A model generated the notes under the pieces. That model did not search any database and was not told where the DNA came from. It was given only the letters and a program-made list of their open reading frames with translations. From Lama glama (lineage: Eukaryota), in assembly GCA_028534125.1 (NCBI GenBank), contig CM052817.1, positions 52,516,001 through 52,580,000 on the forward strand: a stretch of DNA of 64,000 nucleotides. Direction: 5' to 3'. The position numbers and the translations under genes are program-made. How positions within the stretch are numbered: position 1 is the first letter of the stretch; the number at the start of each line of letters is the position of its first letter. Positions 51,721-64,000 of the stretch are shown here, piece after piece.

Positions 51721-54565
51721 AGAAATATATTTTTCACCAAAGCTTTTATATTCTGTGAATGCATTATTTCTATTTCTACCATTCTGTACTTTACAGGATA
51801 TTTTTGACAAAATAAAATAAATGAAGTACAAAACTAACAATTAACTTTTCCCATTGTCTATTTTCTTAAACTTTCTGGTATTTTACCACAGCTTATAATA
51901 TAGTGACACATTAATCATCTCTTCTCTGATTAAGAATTAAAAAACACACAATTTTACAAACACATTGAATTTATTACCAGGAGTCCCTCAGAGCTAACCT
52001 ACTTTTCACTTTAGACTACTTTTATCCATTTCTCCTTTCACTTGCTCACCAATACCTGGTTGCACAATTACTCCTTTCTAGATCTAATTGAGCTTCCAAT
52101 ACTGACTTCATGATTTGGCTACCTGTTTGGTCTATCTTACCTAGTTAATCTACTTCTCACTTTATATTATAGTCATTACTATGAACAAGAACGAAGTCTC
52201 AGCTTTGTATATAAATAAGAAGTCATACATGTTTAATTGGTTTGTGAATCTCAGAAAAGATGCATATTTTTTGTCAGGGAGAAATATTAGTTTTGAACCA
52301 AATGTAATTTACATAAGATTCCTAAAACTAAGTTTGTAAAAAATGAGTAAAACCAGTTTTCAAAGTCAGAAAGACTCTATGTGTGTCAGTGTCTGAATTC
52401 TCATTCTCTGATCATTCTTCTCTGCTCTACTATGTACTGTATGCTTTGGTGAGCTTCACTTTGCAAACAATAGCCACAGAAGAGTAATTCCTAATCATCT
52501 GGAGAATCCTAAAGTGACAGATTTAAAGAATTGGTTTTAGCAGTGTCATCAGTCATAGATGTCATGTGGTGATGGCATTGAAGCAAAACTGTTCTCACTG
52601 CTTAGGACACTTGAATATTTGTACTGTGATAACTGAAACTGCTAAAAACTAATGAGAAAAGTAACAATGGAAGCAATAAAATTACCATATAAAATCTACA
52701 CATGATTAAAATGAACTGAACATCTTTCAGAATCAACAACCACCATAAGAAGTGCACAAACCACACTTACATCTATGTATGTGTGAGTGTATTTGTAGAA
52801 GGTGTACATATTTACTCAACATAAAATTAAATTACATAAGAAACTGATTTCTGGATTGTTTATAACCTAAAATCGTGTACATTATTTTTAACTGAAAAAA
52901 AGTGACATCTTAGTTTTGCCATGTCCAGCTTTCATTTAAATGAGCGTTTCAAAACATTTAAAAATATCATTGGCGTATAAAATTCCATTTGCACAGCTAA
53001 ATTACCATTTGCTCTGTTTTTTTCCAATGTCTTCCAATTATCTTATACCTTTAATATTATAAAATAAAGAGAACAATAGATCTTTAATGCAAATATACAA
53101 AATTTCTCACAAATGTTCTTCCCCTTTAATTCCTGGAAGAAAGTGAAGAATTTCAAAGAAAACTTAGAAGAATACTGCTAAAAGATAATCTGGCTACTTG
53201 AATTCCTTGGAAGTATACTGAATTATTTTAATTACTCTTATGTCCTTATTTATATGAACTCCTGAATACCTATTGAATCAGGAAAATGTGTTACTGACCT
53301 CATAATAAATTAGTTAAATTAAAACATGAGTTTTATCATCAAGGGTAAAAAAGGATGCTTTAGAAATTATGTCACTTCTCTGTATGAGTTGTAAATAGTG
53401 TGTCTAATACTTACAGTGAATAATCTTTATAGTATCAGTTATAGACACATTCTCTAATTTTGCACAATACTCCTTAAGGTAGTTTGTAAAATTTATCTTT
53501 CTATTTTGATACAGAAACATGAATCTCAAGGGTAAACTCAGCTTGCCCAATTCTCAAAGTTAGTGACAGATGAGGGAATCAAATTCACATCATTTTACTT
53601 TAAGTACAAGGTGATTTTAACAATATAATTACAGTGGAAAAAAAAAAGAATACTGTGGTTGAATAGGTCTTAAAGAGCATACTATTGTCTTTATGTTTAA
53701 GTTAAATCATCTTTCAACTCAATATTCATAAGTTAAATATGACATCGTTAGGTAATCTGAGTTCTGTTACTTTTTTTTTTTTTAATTTTTGAATCAATCA
53801 TGACCTATTAACTGCGTCACCAGCCATTTATAAAGTTTAAAAAGTTTCTGTGAAGGATATCAAATTCTTTAGTTTCAATTTCTATTTTACATTGCTGAAT
53901 AACTGAAGGGTTAAATGCTAGTAGGTCCATGCATTGCCTAAAACTTTAATTCTTTTGAAAATGATTGATTATATAGTTTATTATAAAATTTTGATTAAAA
54001 ATAAATTGCTGGCATTGCAATAAGTAAATTAAAATGTGTACACATACATCTTAGGATCTTGCTGTTCTCATAAACAATATTTCATATTCTTCAAATCCAA
54101 ATTCATAACCTCCATTTTTATAATTCTTTCTCTTCATATATCTCAAAATTTTGTCTCCATATTTTTAGGTATAATTTATATTTTTATTTTCTGTTTTACT
54201 AAATTTCTGTTACATACTCACATGCTTTCTTCAACAACCTTAATTTTTAATATTATAATTACATTTTGCATCTACATGAATGTTTTTGATATCACACTGC
54301 TCCATTTTTCAGTCTACTTGCTGTAGTTTTGTTAATTTTCAATGTGTTTTTCATTCTTTTGGTGTTTGCATTTTTTTTCAAAATGCTCTCATGCTTCTCC
54401 AGGGAAACCTGATCTTTTTTTTTCCTTTTAAGTAGTGTCCTTAAGTATAGAATGTGGTATTTTTTCATATTTTCAGATGAGAAAATTGAGGCATTGGGAA
54501 GTAAGGGAACTTTCCTACTACCATATACCTAATAAGAGGTAGAGTGTGGACTCTGTTACTTTCCC

Positions 54566-56625
54566 TGAATGAGGTTGAATGGTAGCTCCCCAAAATATAT
54601 GTTCACATTCCAGAGCCTGTAAATGTGATATTACTGGGAGGAAAAAAGTATTTGTAGATTGCATTAAGTTAAAGATCTTGAGATAGATCATCCTGGATTG
54701 TTCCAGTGAGCCCTAAAGTGTCCTTATAAGAGAAACAGAATAGAGATATACATGAAGAAGAGAAGAAGGCCATATGGAGGTGGAAGAAGAAATTGGAGTT
54801 ATAAAGGCACACAAGGAACACCTGGAGCCACCAGAAACTAGAAGAAGCAAGGAAGGATTCTCTCTTAGAGCCTCTGGAAGGAGCACAAACCTGATGATAC
54901 AATAATTTCAAACTTCTGGCATCCAGAACTGTAAAGGAATTAATTTCTATTATTTTAAGCTACCAAATCTGTAGTAATTTGTTAAGGAAGCCTTAGGAAA
55001 CTAAAACAGTTTTTGGTGACTAGAAATGGGGTGCTGCTGTGACAGATAACTAAAAATATGGAAGTGGCTTAGAAATTAGATGAGTAGAGGCTGCAGTAAT
55101 TTTGAGACTCATGAGAGCAAAAGCATAGAGTGTCTTGAACAGAATGTGGTAGAAATATGAATGTTAAAGACACTTCTAGAAAGGACTCTGAAGAAACAAG
55201 GAACATGTTACTAGACACTGCAGGAAAGGTAACCTTTGTTACTATGACAGAAAATGGCTGAAATTTGTTCTGTGGTTGTGTTGAAAGCAGAACTTGTAAG
55301 AAATTAATTTGTATCTTTAGTTGAGACTTCCAAACAAAGTTTTGAAAGTGTGACCTGGTTTCTCTTTGCTGCTCATAGTAAAATGTGAGAGGAAAGAGAT
55401 AAATTGAAGAAGAAACTATTAAGCAAAAAGGATGCAGCACTTGATATTTGAGAAGTTCTTGGCCTATCCAGACTACAGAGAATACTAAAATTAGGAAATT
55501 CACTGTTGGAAAAGCATGCTCTGGAGAAGGACCAAAAGCATGGCTACCAAATCTTTTGCTGAAGAGATTGACTCATCAATCTATTTAACCACCTCAACAG
55601 AAGCCAGGAAAAGAGATAGGTTTAATAAGGAAAGATCTGTAGAGGTCCTTCTTATCTAATGGCATGAACCCCCATTACCCACAGGAGTATCAGAAGGCTT
55701 TGGAGAATTCTATACAGACAAAAGGCAAACTGAGAGAAGGCTGTTGGACTTCCAAAATTCTAAAGGCAGGAATAGATTCAGAGAACTACATGGCTACAAC
55801 CATGTTCTACCCTTCCAAAAAGGAAGACTAACTGTGGAGGCAGAGCTTTCATATATAGCACAGAGGTGGATGGAGCTACTGTAGGCAGAGCAGAAAGCAG
55901 AGCTGCTGCAGGCCAAGAAGTCAGAACATCAAGCTACAGAGGATTGTTCTCAGGACTTGAAATCCAAAGGACTTTGTCCTGGTGGATTTCAAATTTCCTT
56001 GGAATCAGTAAGTATCTTATTCCTTCCAATTTTTCTCTTTTGGAATGAGGATGTCTAACCTATGTCTATCCCACCACTGTATTTTCGAAGCAGATTATTT
56101 TGTTTGTTTGTTTTTTCCTAATCTCAAAAGTCCATAGATGGAGACTGATTTAGTCCCAGAATAAATCATACTCAGAGTCTCACTCATACCTGATTTAGAT
56201 GATGAAATGTGGGACTTTTAAAAGCTGATTCTATTTAGATGATAGCTTGGACTTAAGTTGGTATTGCAATAGATTGAAACTTTGATGTTACTAGATGGAG
56301 TAAATGTATTTTGTATGTAGGACATGGATTTGAAGGAATCAATGGATATATTGCAGTGGGTTGAATAGTGGCCCTACTAAGGATTTGACTGTGTTCCAGA
56401 ATCTATGAATGTAACTTTATATAAAAAAATAGTCTCATTGCAGATGTATTTTGCTAAGAATGCCAGGATGCCACCTCTATATACAGTTGGTGGGTCCTAA
56501 ATTGAAGGACAAGTGTTCCTATGAGGTCCAGAGAATGGAGACAAAGACAAGAAGACCTCATAAAGACAGAGGAAGAGATTGGAATTGTGCAGCCACAGGC
56601 CAAGGAACACCAGGAGTGCTTGCAG
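54566..56625 (+). mobile_element. MLT1B-like MaLR provirus: 5' LTR 54566-55008, internal 55009-56351, truncated 3' LTR 56352-~56625
   Basis: Two same-orientation LTR starts (ggttgaatggtagctcccc / gggttgaatagtggcccta); MaLR internal hallmark gggtgctgctgtgacagataactaaaaatatggaagtggcttagaa. Confidence 0.9.
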
Positions 56626-59600
56626 TTTTTCCAAAATACAATTGTAAAATAGATCAAATTGCATTCTAGTGTTTTGAAGAGATATGGAATGCTTCAGAAC
56701 AACTAACAGTTTTTTTTCCTAAGTGATCAAATACACTGTGAACAAATGCTTTAAGATTTCCAGATAGCTCAACCCCTCTCTTCTCTGTGTGATTGTGTAA
56801 GTGAATGTAAAACAAATCACTTCTCTCAAAAGAAAAAATAGGACTACTATGTTGATAAAAGTACCAAAGGTATAAGACATTTGGAAATTATTCATATTTG
56901 ACAGATCAACCACTGATTTAGCTTCTTCCAAATAGCTGCCAATGTATTTAAATGGTTTTATTGACAAGAGAGAATTTAAGATCTATCTATCTATCTAATC
57001 TGGCATTGTTATCAGAAACATTTTATCCACCTTATGTTTTAATTAGTTAGGGCAGATAATAGAAAGTAGAATTGACTGAAAGCCAAAAAAAGAATTAGTC
57101 ATTTTCTAAAGTAAGTAAATTATCTTTTGTCAGACTGATTAATCTGTCAACCAGAAAAGATTGACAGTTAAAAAGATTAAACAATTTTAACTTCTTAAAT
57201 TAATCTTTTTAACTACAGTAAAAAAATCTTTTTAACTGCACTGCAAAATAATTCTATTTTGCAAAATTAATCCAGTATTAAAGCTGTGCAAATTTATTCT
57301 ATAATACTTGATTTAAATAGGTCAATACTTTATATTCTTAACACTTAATAAGGAGATCATTGATTTATTTTCCACATTGTAAAGTGGAGAATTCATGTTT
57401 TAAAACTTCTAATGCCATACCAGCTCAACAGGAGCACTGAATGAATCCTAAATATAAATTAGACCAAACGGTAAACTTGTTTAACAAATAGGGTTCAGTG
57501 GTCTAAAACTGTATTTTGAATACAGAAATAACTTTTTTTTTGTTTTGTTTGAACAACTTAGACATATTAGCAAATTGTTATTCAGTTAGACTTTGCCTTT
57601 TAGGCACAGCATCTGCACTAATAAGAGTTTTGTGGATAAATTATTAAAGTTCACAAACCAGTTTAGTGAAAGGTCTTTAAAAAAAAAGAAAAAAGAAAAC
57701 CTTACCAAAGTTGTAAAATGATATGAGTGTAAATAATGAAAGGTTAAAATTGAACTGCTTGAGTGATACTCTCTTGAAATCAATAGCTTTTATTATACCA
57801 CAAACACTATGAAGATCAAGTCAAGATTATGAATCAACCTCAGAAAAATTCACATAAATAACGACCTGAGAAAATTTCCCTGCAACAAATCAAAATTTAA
57901 CTTTTTCTGCCTCCATGTTGTATTAATTATTTCTTCATGTTGAATGATTTATTACTATTTTTCTACACATTTCATTCAATAAAAGGATTTTTTTTAATTA
58001 GGAGTAAATTCTCTCTCAAACAACTATAAATGACAACAATTACTTTAATAAGAGCTAAAACTATGTCATATAAAATAAGCAGCATAAGAAAGCATAAGAT
58101 TCTTTTCTGGTATGGGCTACAAACCAACCTGATTGAAGATAATGAACAGTAAATGAAATTTAAAAATTTGTGGCTTATTTCATTAGGCAAAACAAATTTA
58201 TGTCAAATAGAACAAAAATTATTTAATAGCTTACAATTTAGATTTGTATCTCAGTCAGTAACCATATCATTGCTAATATCTGTATAAAGAATTAATCTAT
58301 ATGAGTTTATAAATAATACAGATATACATTATAATTATTATATGGGTTGATATTTACTTTAAAAGAGTTCTTATAGATATTTTAGATTCTCAAGGATTTA
58401 GGCGTGGTTCTTCATTAAAAAATGATTTTTTAAATGACAAAAGGCTTTTATCATAGCACCAGAAACATGTGTCCAAAGGTTGGCAACTTCATGTTCTCCA
58501 TTATTTTCTCTCAGAATAGCTCTTTGGTTATAAAGCCAGCAGTTCTTGGGCTGAATTCATAATGATGTCTTCATTGCCATATATTTGTGTCAACATTTTG
58601 TACCAACGTTTGTTGATACATATATTTGTTTCAACAAATATATCCCCAAACAAACAACATTTCTGTCAAAATATCTGAGAATGATCTTTTCTTTTTTTCA
58701 GAAAATCAAACTTCTACCTGAAGATCATTTTGTGTTTTAAAATTTACCCTCTGCTACAGTGCTACAAATTCTTGAATATATAAATGCATAGTTTTCTCAC
58801 TTTCTTTAAAACAAATTATTTTCAAAAAATGGAGAAATTACTCTGACAGAAGGCTTAGCTTTCTTGGCAGTTTCATCCAGAAATAATGGTTATATTTGAT
58901 GTCAGTGCATGTTGAAATGGAGCACAATGTTATTTCTTTTAAAATAAGTAATTAAACTACTTACATTACCAAATATTACAGATACTGTGTTCAGAGCCAG
59001 TCAAAGTTGTTTTTTGGTGTTATTTTTGCATGACAGAGAAACTTCAAACCTTTTAAAGACTTGAATGGTTGTTTTGTTTTATTTAGTTTTTCCTAATTGA
59101 TTCATACAGTAGAGTAATTTTTCTTTGATTGTGTCTGCAGGTACACAACAAAGAAAACAGAAGTTGGCTGCCAGGAAAACCATTATTTCTATTGAGTTTC
59201 ATGTTGCCAAATCCTACATGATATGCTTTGAAACATTCAAAATTTGTCATTAGGTCTGCAGTGGATCACAGCATTTTTAGAAGGCATCACTTCTTTTCTT
59301 GGTTTTGTTTTGAGTCAGAAACAAACTCAGTCATTTCTAGAGAGCATGATTTTATGGAAATGTCTCTGATTTTTGTGTGACTTCTTTTGTTCTACCAGGC
59401 TTAAGTCATTGAAAAGTGCGTACATATAAATATACATATCCTATATGTATATATACTTTAATGATCTGATAGGGATTTTTAAATTGTAATAAATCTACAT
59501 TTAGCTCATTTCCATTTGTTTTTCAAATGAGCATAATATTGAGAGCAACAGCAGCAACATAAAATCAGACTTGGATTTTTGGCCAAAGATAAAGTTACTC

Positions 59601-60466
59601 CTTTTTGAGTGGCAAATATAGTGCCTTAATGAAGGCAATTTAATATTAGTATCGCATCACAGTCACTGATGTAACAAAAAACAAAGGATTAGTAAACTTG
59701 ATTTGATTGTTTGTTCACTTTACATCTTTAACCTAGCTAGATATTAAAAAAAAACACTTCAAATCATATTTCTAGAGTTTTGTATGTAATTATATTTATA
59801 TAGTTATAATTATATATTTATGTATATATAGTATATATACTCACATATATTAATATATAGTCACATAAATAATATATTCATAATAAATATAAACTGATTT
59901 GATTTTATATGTATTAAAACATATAAATGGAAACCATTTGATATGCTCTTAAATTACATTTGTGATAATTATTACCTCACTTTGTAAAGAATCATTCTAA
60001 ATCTATTTGAACTGAAGAAGTACAATAGTAAGTTCATTTGATATTAATATAACTTTCAAAAATAATTTTAAAATACCACGTACAGAATTTAAAAAGAGAT
60101 GTATTGCAACTATATTGATTTCAAGCACTTCCTATAGCTCCAAGGAGCACAAATAAATTTCATGTTCTATTGTAAATTGAAAAGTCAGAACTCTGAATGT
60201 ATATGGAGAATATGTATCAAGTCTTAGATATTTAACTGTTGGATTTTGATTTTTTATTATCCATCCATGAAATTATATTAATGAACTTATAGAGCAAGTA
60301 GCAGCACACATCAAGTGATCAGTTCTGAAGAGCTTCATCTCTTCTAGTTGAAGCAGTTTAACTTTCAGCAATGTAAACACCTTCCATTTCTCTCAAAGTG
60401 AATTTGAAAGTGTTGTTTCTGTCCTTAGTCATCACCCTCAGACTCTTTTTTAAAAAACTGCATTAA

Positions 60467-61003
60467 TGAACACAGACTATGTAGGGACTTAGGCTGAAGC
60501 ACCTTAAATTTTAACATCTCTTCTTCTTGACGTGAATTTAATGGGTGTCTTAAAAGATCTGCAAATGTCTCAGAGGTCAAATATAAAAAGCTTTTTCTTT
60601 CATAAGGAGGATTGAAGACTAAGAACAGTGTAGGAAATCCAATGAATGGTTGGAAGTGAGGTGTTGGGGCCATAGATTAGAGTATGTTTTACCCTGAAGA
60701 TAGTCAGTTCTCAAGAGGGATTGAGGCTGAAGGTATGTCGAAGTTGAAGTCTTGGGAGGAGAGAACCTTAATGTAGTTTCCTTAAGTCAGATTAACAGGC
60801 ATATTGTTCTGATTGATCAGTGCATACTAATAGTTCAGCTATTTATGAGAGTAAGAATGGGAATTTGGAAGTCTGTGTCTGGCCTGTCTTGTTTTATCTG
60901 AATCACATGGGGAAGAGTGTTTGCTGAAAGCAGGTTCTTTGAACACAAAACAGGTGGGAAGATTTTCCAGTGTCACAGGCTCAGGTAGTTTATAACACTG
61001 TCA
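60467..61003 (-). mobile_element. ERV1 solo LTR (MER90-like)
   Basis: Minus strand starts TGACAGTGTT..CTACCTGAGCCTGTG and contains GGCCAGACACAGACTTCCAAATTCCCATTCTT. Confidence 0.7.
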
Positions 61004-61854
61004 ATATTAAGGTATTATAAGTTTGGTCCTTTTTATCCCTTGGCTCTCATCATGTAGAATTCTTCTTGTTTAGTGTGCTTTAATTACAAAATTGTTTTTC
61101 CTCCAGTTGCTTAAATACTGTAAAGTTGTCTGACATCCTCTTGTCTGAAATTCTCTTGTCCTCTACATTCTCATTGCAGGCTCCTTGTCAATCATGATTC
61201 ACCAAACATCATTTTATCAGTATGATTTTTTCTCACCACTCTGTCATTTGGACATTACCCTATTTTGTTCCTTCATAGAGCTTAACATTCTCAGAAAAGT
61301 ATTTATTTACTCATCACTGTTTGCTTTCTCACGACCATCATCTCTTCAAGATACCTGCTCTTTTTGCTTAGCACTCTAACTCTGGAACTTACCCTATGCC
61401 TAGCTCAGAATAGGTGCTCCACATATATTTAATAAAGAAAAGCAAAATTGAACATTAACCACTTAATTTAATAACAGTGAACACACTTTCTGTGTTCAAA
61501 ACATCTGAATTTCTTTTAATATTCACCAATAAATTAAATCTCTGGCTCTGTCTCTCTCTCCCTCTCCCCCTGCCCCTTTCTCTCCTTCCCACTTTGTAGA
61601 AGTTTCATTATATTACTAAGAATTTTCTCTTCTCTTTTCTTTTTTTTCAGTGATTGTTGTATTATAGGCTACACCCATGTGATGTACATGTTAGCTTTCA
61701 TGGTTGAAGTGGTACAATGCTGGACATAGGTTCTTGCTCTGATTTATATATTCCTATATTTTCAAGGAAGCCAAATGATTTTTGACAGATTGTTTTCACC
61801 CATAAAATGGCTGATGGATATTTGGTATTTCATTCATTATTTACATGTGAGTAT

Positions 61855-61858
61855 TTGT

Positions 61859-61900
<42 letters not shown>
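61855..61900. repeat. (TG)n microsatellite
   Basis: Directly visible. Confidence 0.95.
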
Positions 61901-61901
<1 letters not shown>

Positions 61902-61909
61902 GTAAAAGT

Positions 61910-62535
61910 CTGCTTTAATTTATTGAGGTAAAATGAACGTAAACATTAGTTAGCCTTTTTAAGATACACAATTCAGTGACATTTAGTGAATTCACAATAT
62001 TATGTAAATGCCACCTCTCTCCAGTTTTGAAAAATTTTCCTTTTTCCCAACCCTATCCACTGAAACCACTAATCTGCATTCTGTCTAAATGAATTAGCCT
62101 ATTTGGGTGTTTCTTATAAAAGAAAACTATAATATGTGATGTTTTGTATTTGGTTTCTTTCACTTAGCATAATGTTAACAAGTTTCATCCATGTTGTAAC
62201 ATGCATCAGGACTTCGTTCCTTTTTATGGTTGAATGGTAGTCATATGTAAACACAACATTTGTTAATTTGTCCATTAATGGACATTTGGGCTATTTCTAA
62301 CTTTTGGCTATTATGAATAATATTGTTATAAACATTACAAGATTGTGTGTGGACGTATATTTTCACTTTTGTTGGATATGTACCTAGGAGTAGAATTGCT
62401 GAGTCTTGTAGTAATTCTATATTTAACTTTTTGAAAAAACCATTTTCCACAGTGGCTGCATAATCTTATATTTTTTTAGCAGTTTACAAATGTTTCTATT
62501 TCTCCATATCCTTGCCAATACTTGCTTTCCTGATT
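61910..62535 (-). mobile_element. L1MB-like 3' end
   Basis: ttattgaggtaaaat..acaattcagtgacatttagt..tttcacttagcataatgtt..gtacctaggagtagaattgctgagtc; the ORF at 62241 resembles the L1 ORF2 C-terminus. Confidence 0.9.
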
Positions 62536-63565
62536 TTCAAATCTGGTACTGTATCACTATTTAAAGGTATTTTATCTTTTATTCTTTTTCTATAATTATA
62601 AATAAAGTTGATCTCATTAATGTTAAATCTCATTTATATACTGAAATAGAAACTGATATTCATCCTCAATTATTATTATTTTGATGTATTTGTTTGATTG
62701 CTTTCTTGGCTATGTTTAAAACTAAATTTTTCCTTCTAAAGAAGGTTAATGCATATTCAAGTTACCAGGAGCTCTAGTTTTTTGATGATGAGTGGCTGTT
62801 GAACATAGAAATGGCATATGACTGGAAGTTTGATGCTCTCAAGACTACGGATATTTCTCTAACTTTGTCTGGCTTTAAAAATGGTTGTAGAACAGCAAAA
62901 TACAAGTTTGGATTTTCTTCGCTTTAAGTGGTGTATCTTTTTTTCCCTCCACTTCTGTGGAAGCTAGAAAGAGAAAAAGTCTTTATCTTTGACCAACAGT
63001 AGTATGATGTGAATATATTTTAATCTTTTTTTTTCACTTTTTTTCTTATAATGAGATACACCCTTTGATCTGAAATTAGTTCTCTTATAGGAGTTTCCAA
63101 TGGGGGGAAATGTTTCTCCACTTTAGCCTAGTATATATTTTCTATTCTATTCATTTAGTTTCTTGACTCCTGAGAGAAATGTATGTATTGTTGATTTGTC
63201 TTTGTGGGTTCTTCCATAGATTTTGTTTCGTTCCTGGTTATTTAAATTTTAGTTGTATTTTTTCTGTATTGTCTATAACTATTTCAAGTCCTTCCTGCCT
63301 GTAATTTGGTTTTCAACATGAGACTTACTCTCCCTTGTTATTGATATTGTTAAGTAAGTAATGCTGTTTTTTCTAAGTCCATTTTTTAGCTATAAGAAAT
63401 CTTTCCATTTTAATGTATCATTTAATATAATGCATCATTATTTAACATTTTTAATATATGCACATTTTATTAAGTTATTCTACCATACAAAGCAATTAAA
63501 GAATATTTTCTTCTATTCTTTAATTAGATTATATTTTTCTTTTAACCAAATTCATCTTTCCCATA

Positions 63566-64000
63566 TATGATGGTTGATTTATGTCAGCTTGTTGATGCTA
63601 TGTATGATGCCCGGTGTTTGGTCAAAAACCAGTCTAGACATTGCTGTTAAGGAATTTTTTAGATGATTAGCATTTAGATCAGCTAACTTTGAGTAAAGCA
63701 GATTATCTTCCCTGGTATAAATGGATCTCATCCAATTAGTTGAAGGCCTTCAGAGAAAAGAATGAGGTTCCCCAAAGAAGAAGAAATTCTGCCTCCAGAT
63801 TGCCTTTGGAGTCTAAATTTCAACATCAACTCTTCCCTGAATCTCTAGCTTACCAAGTGCCCTGCAGATTTCAGACTTGCTATTCCCCATTGTCACATAA
63901 ACTAGTTCCTTAAAATAATCTCAGACAGAGAGATATAGATATATGTATGTATACACACACACACACACATATATACGTATACATATTATATGTGTTTATA
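63566..64000 (+). mobile_element. MLT2D-like ERVL LTR with internal (CA/TA)n, running off the window
   Basis: tgatggttgatttatgtc..gtttggtcaaaaaccagtctagacattgctg..tcatccaattagttgaaggcct..gaaattctgcctccaga..gccctgcagatttcagacttgc. Confidence 0.9.

Noticed and set aside
55069..55503. 144-aa minus-strand ORF
   Set aside because: Antisense to the purine-rich MaLR internal region; low-complexity F/L/S composition.
59120..59200. Splice-acceptor-like tttctttgattgtgtctgcag
   Set aside because: No convincing downstream ORF or donor; such sites are common by chance.

Overview
AT-rich, CpG-poor mammalian genomic DNA, probably a camelid: the L1 3' ends at ~17770-18675 and ~48202-48370 resemble alpaca/camel L1s, recalled from memory and not database-checked. 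I see no credible host protein-coding exon, RNA gene or CRISPR array, so this looks like a gene desert or a large intron made mostly of decayed transposable elements (L1, L2, MIR, MaLR/ERVL/ERV1 LTRs, MER2/MER20 DNA transposons). The main feature is a degraded endogenous retrovirus at ~29160-33617 (+). It joins a class III (ERV-L/ERV-S-like) pro-pol to a gamma-type env, has no visible 5' LTR or gag, and runs into an exact 500-N scaffold gap. The gap is followed by an out-of-place GC/CpG-rich ~0.8 kb block. Also present: a second ERV1/MER4-group remnant with an env TM fragment (minus, ~1280-4570), an old L1 carrying three nested insertions, a near-complete MLT1 MaLR provirus, and two perfect tandem duplications that may be assembly artefacts. 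Repeat family names come from recalled consensus motifs, and boundaries are approximate.
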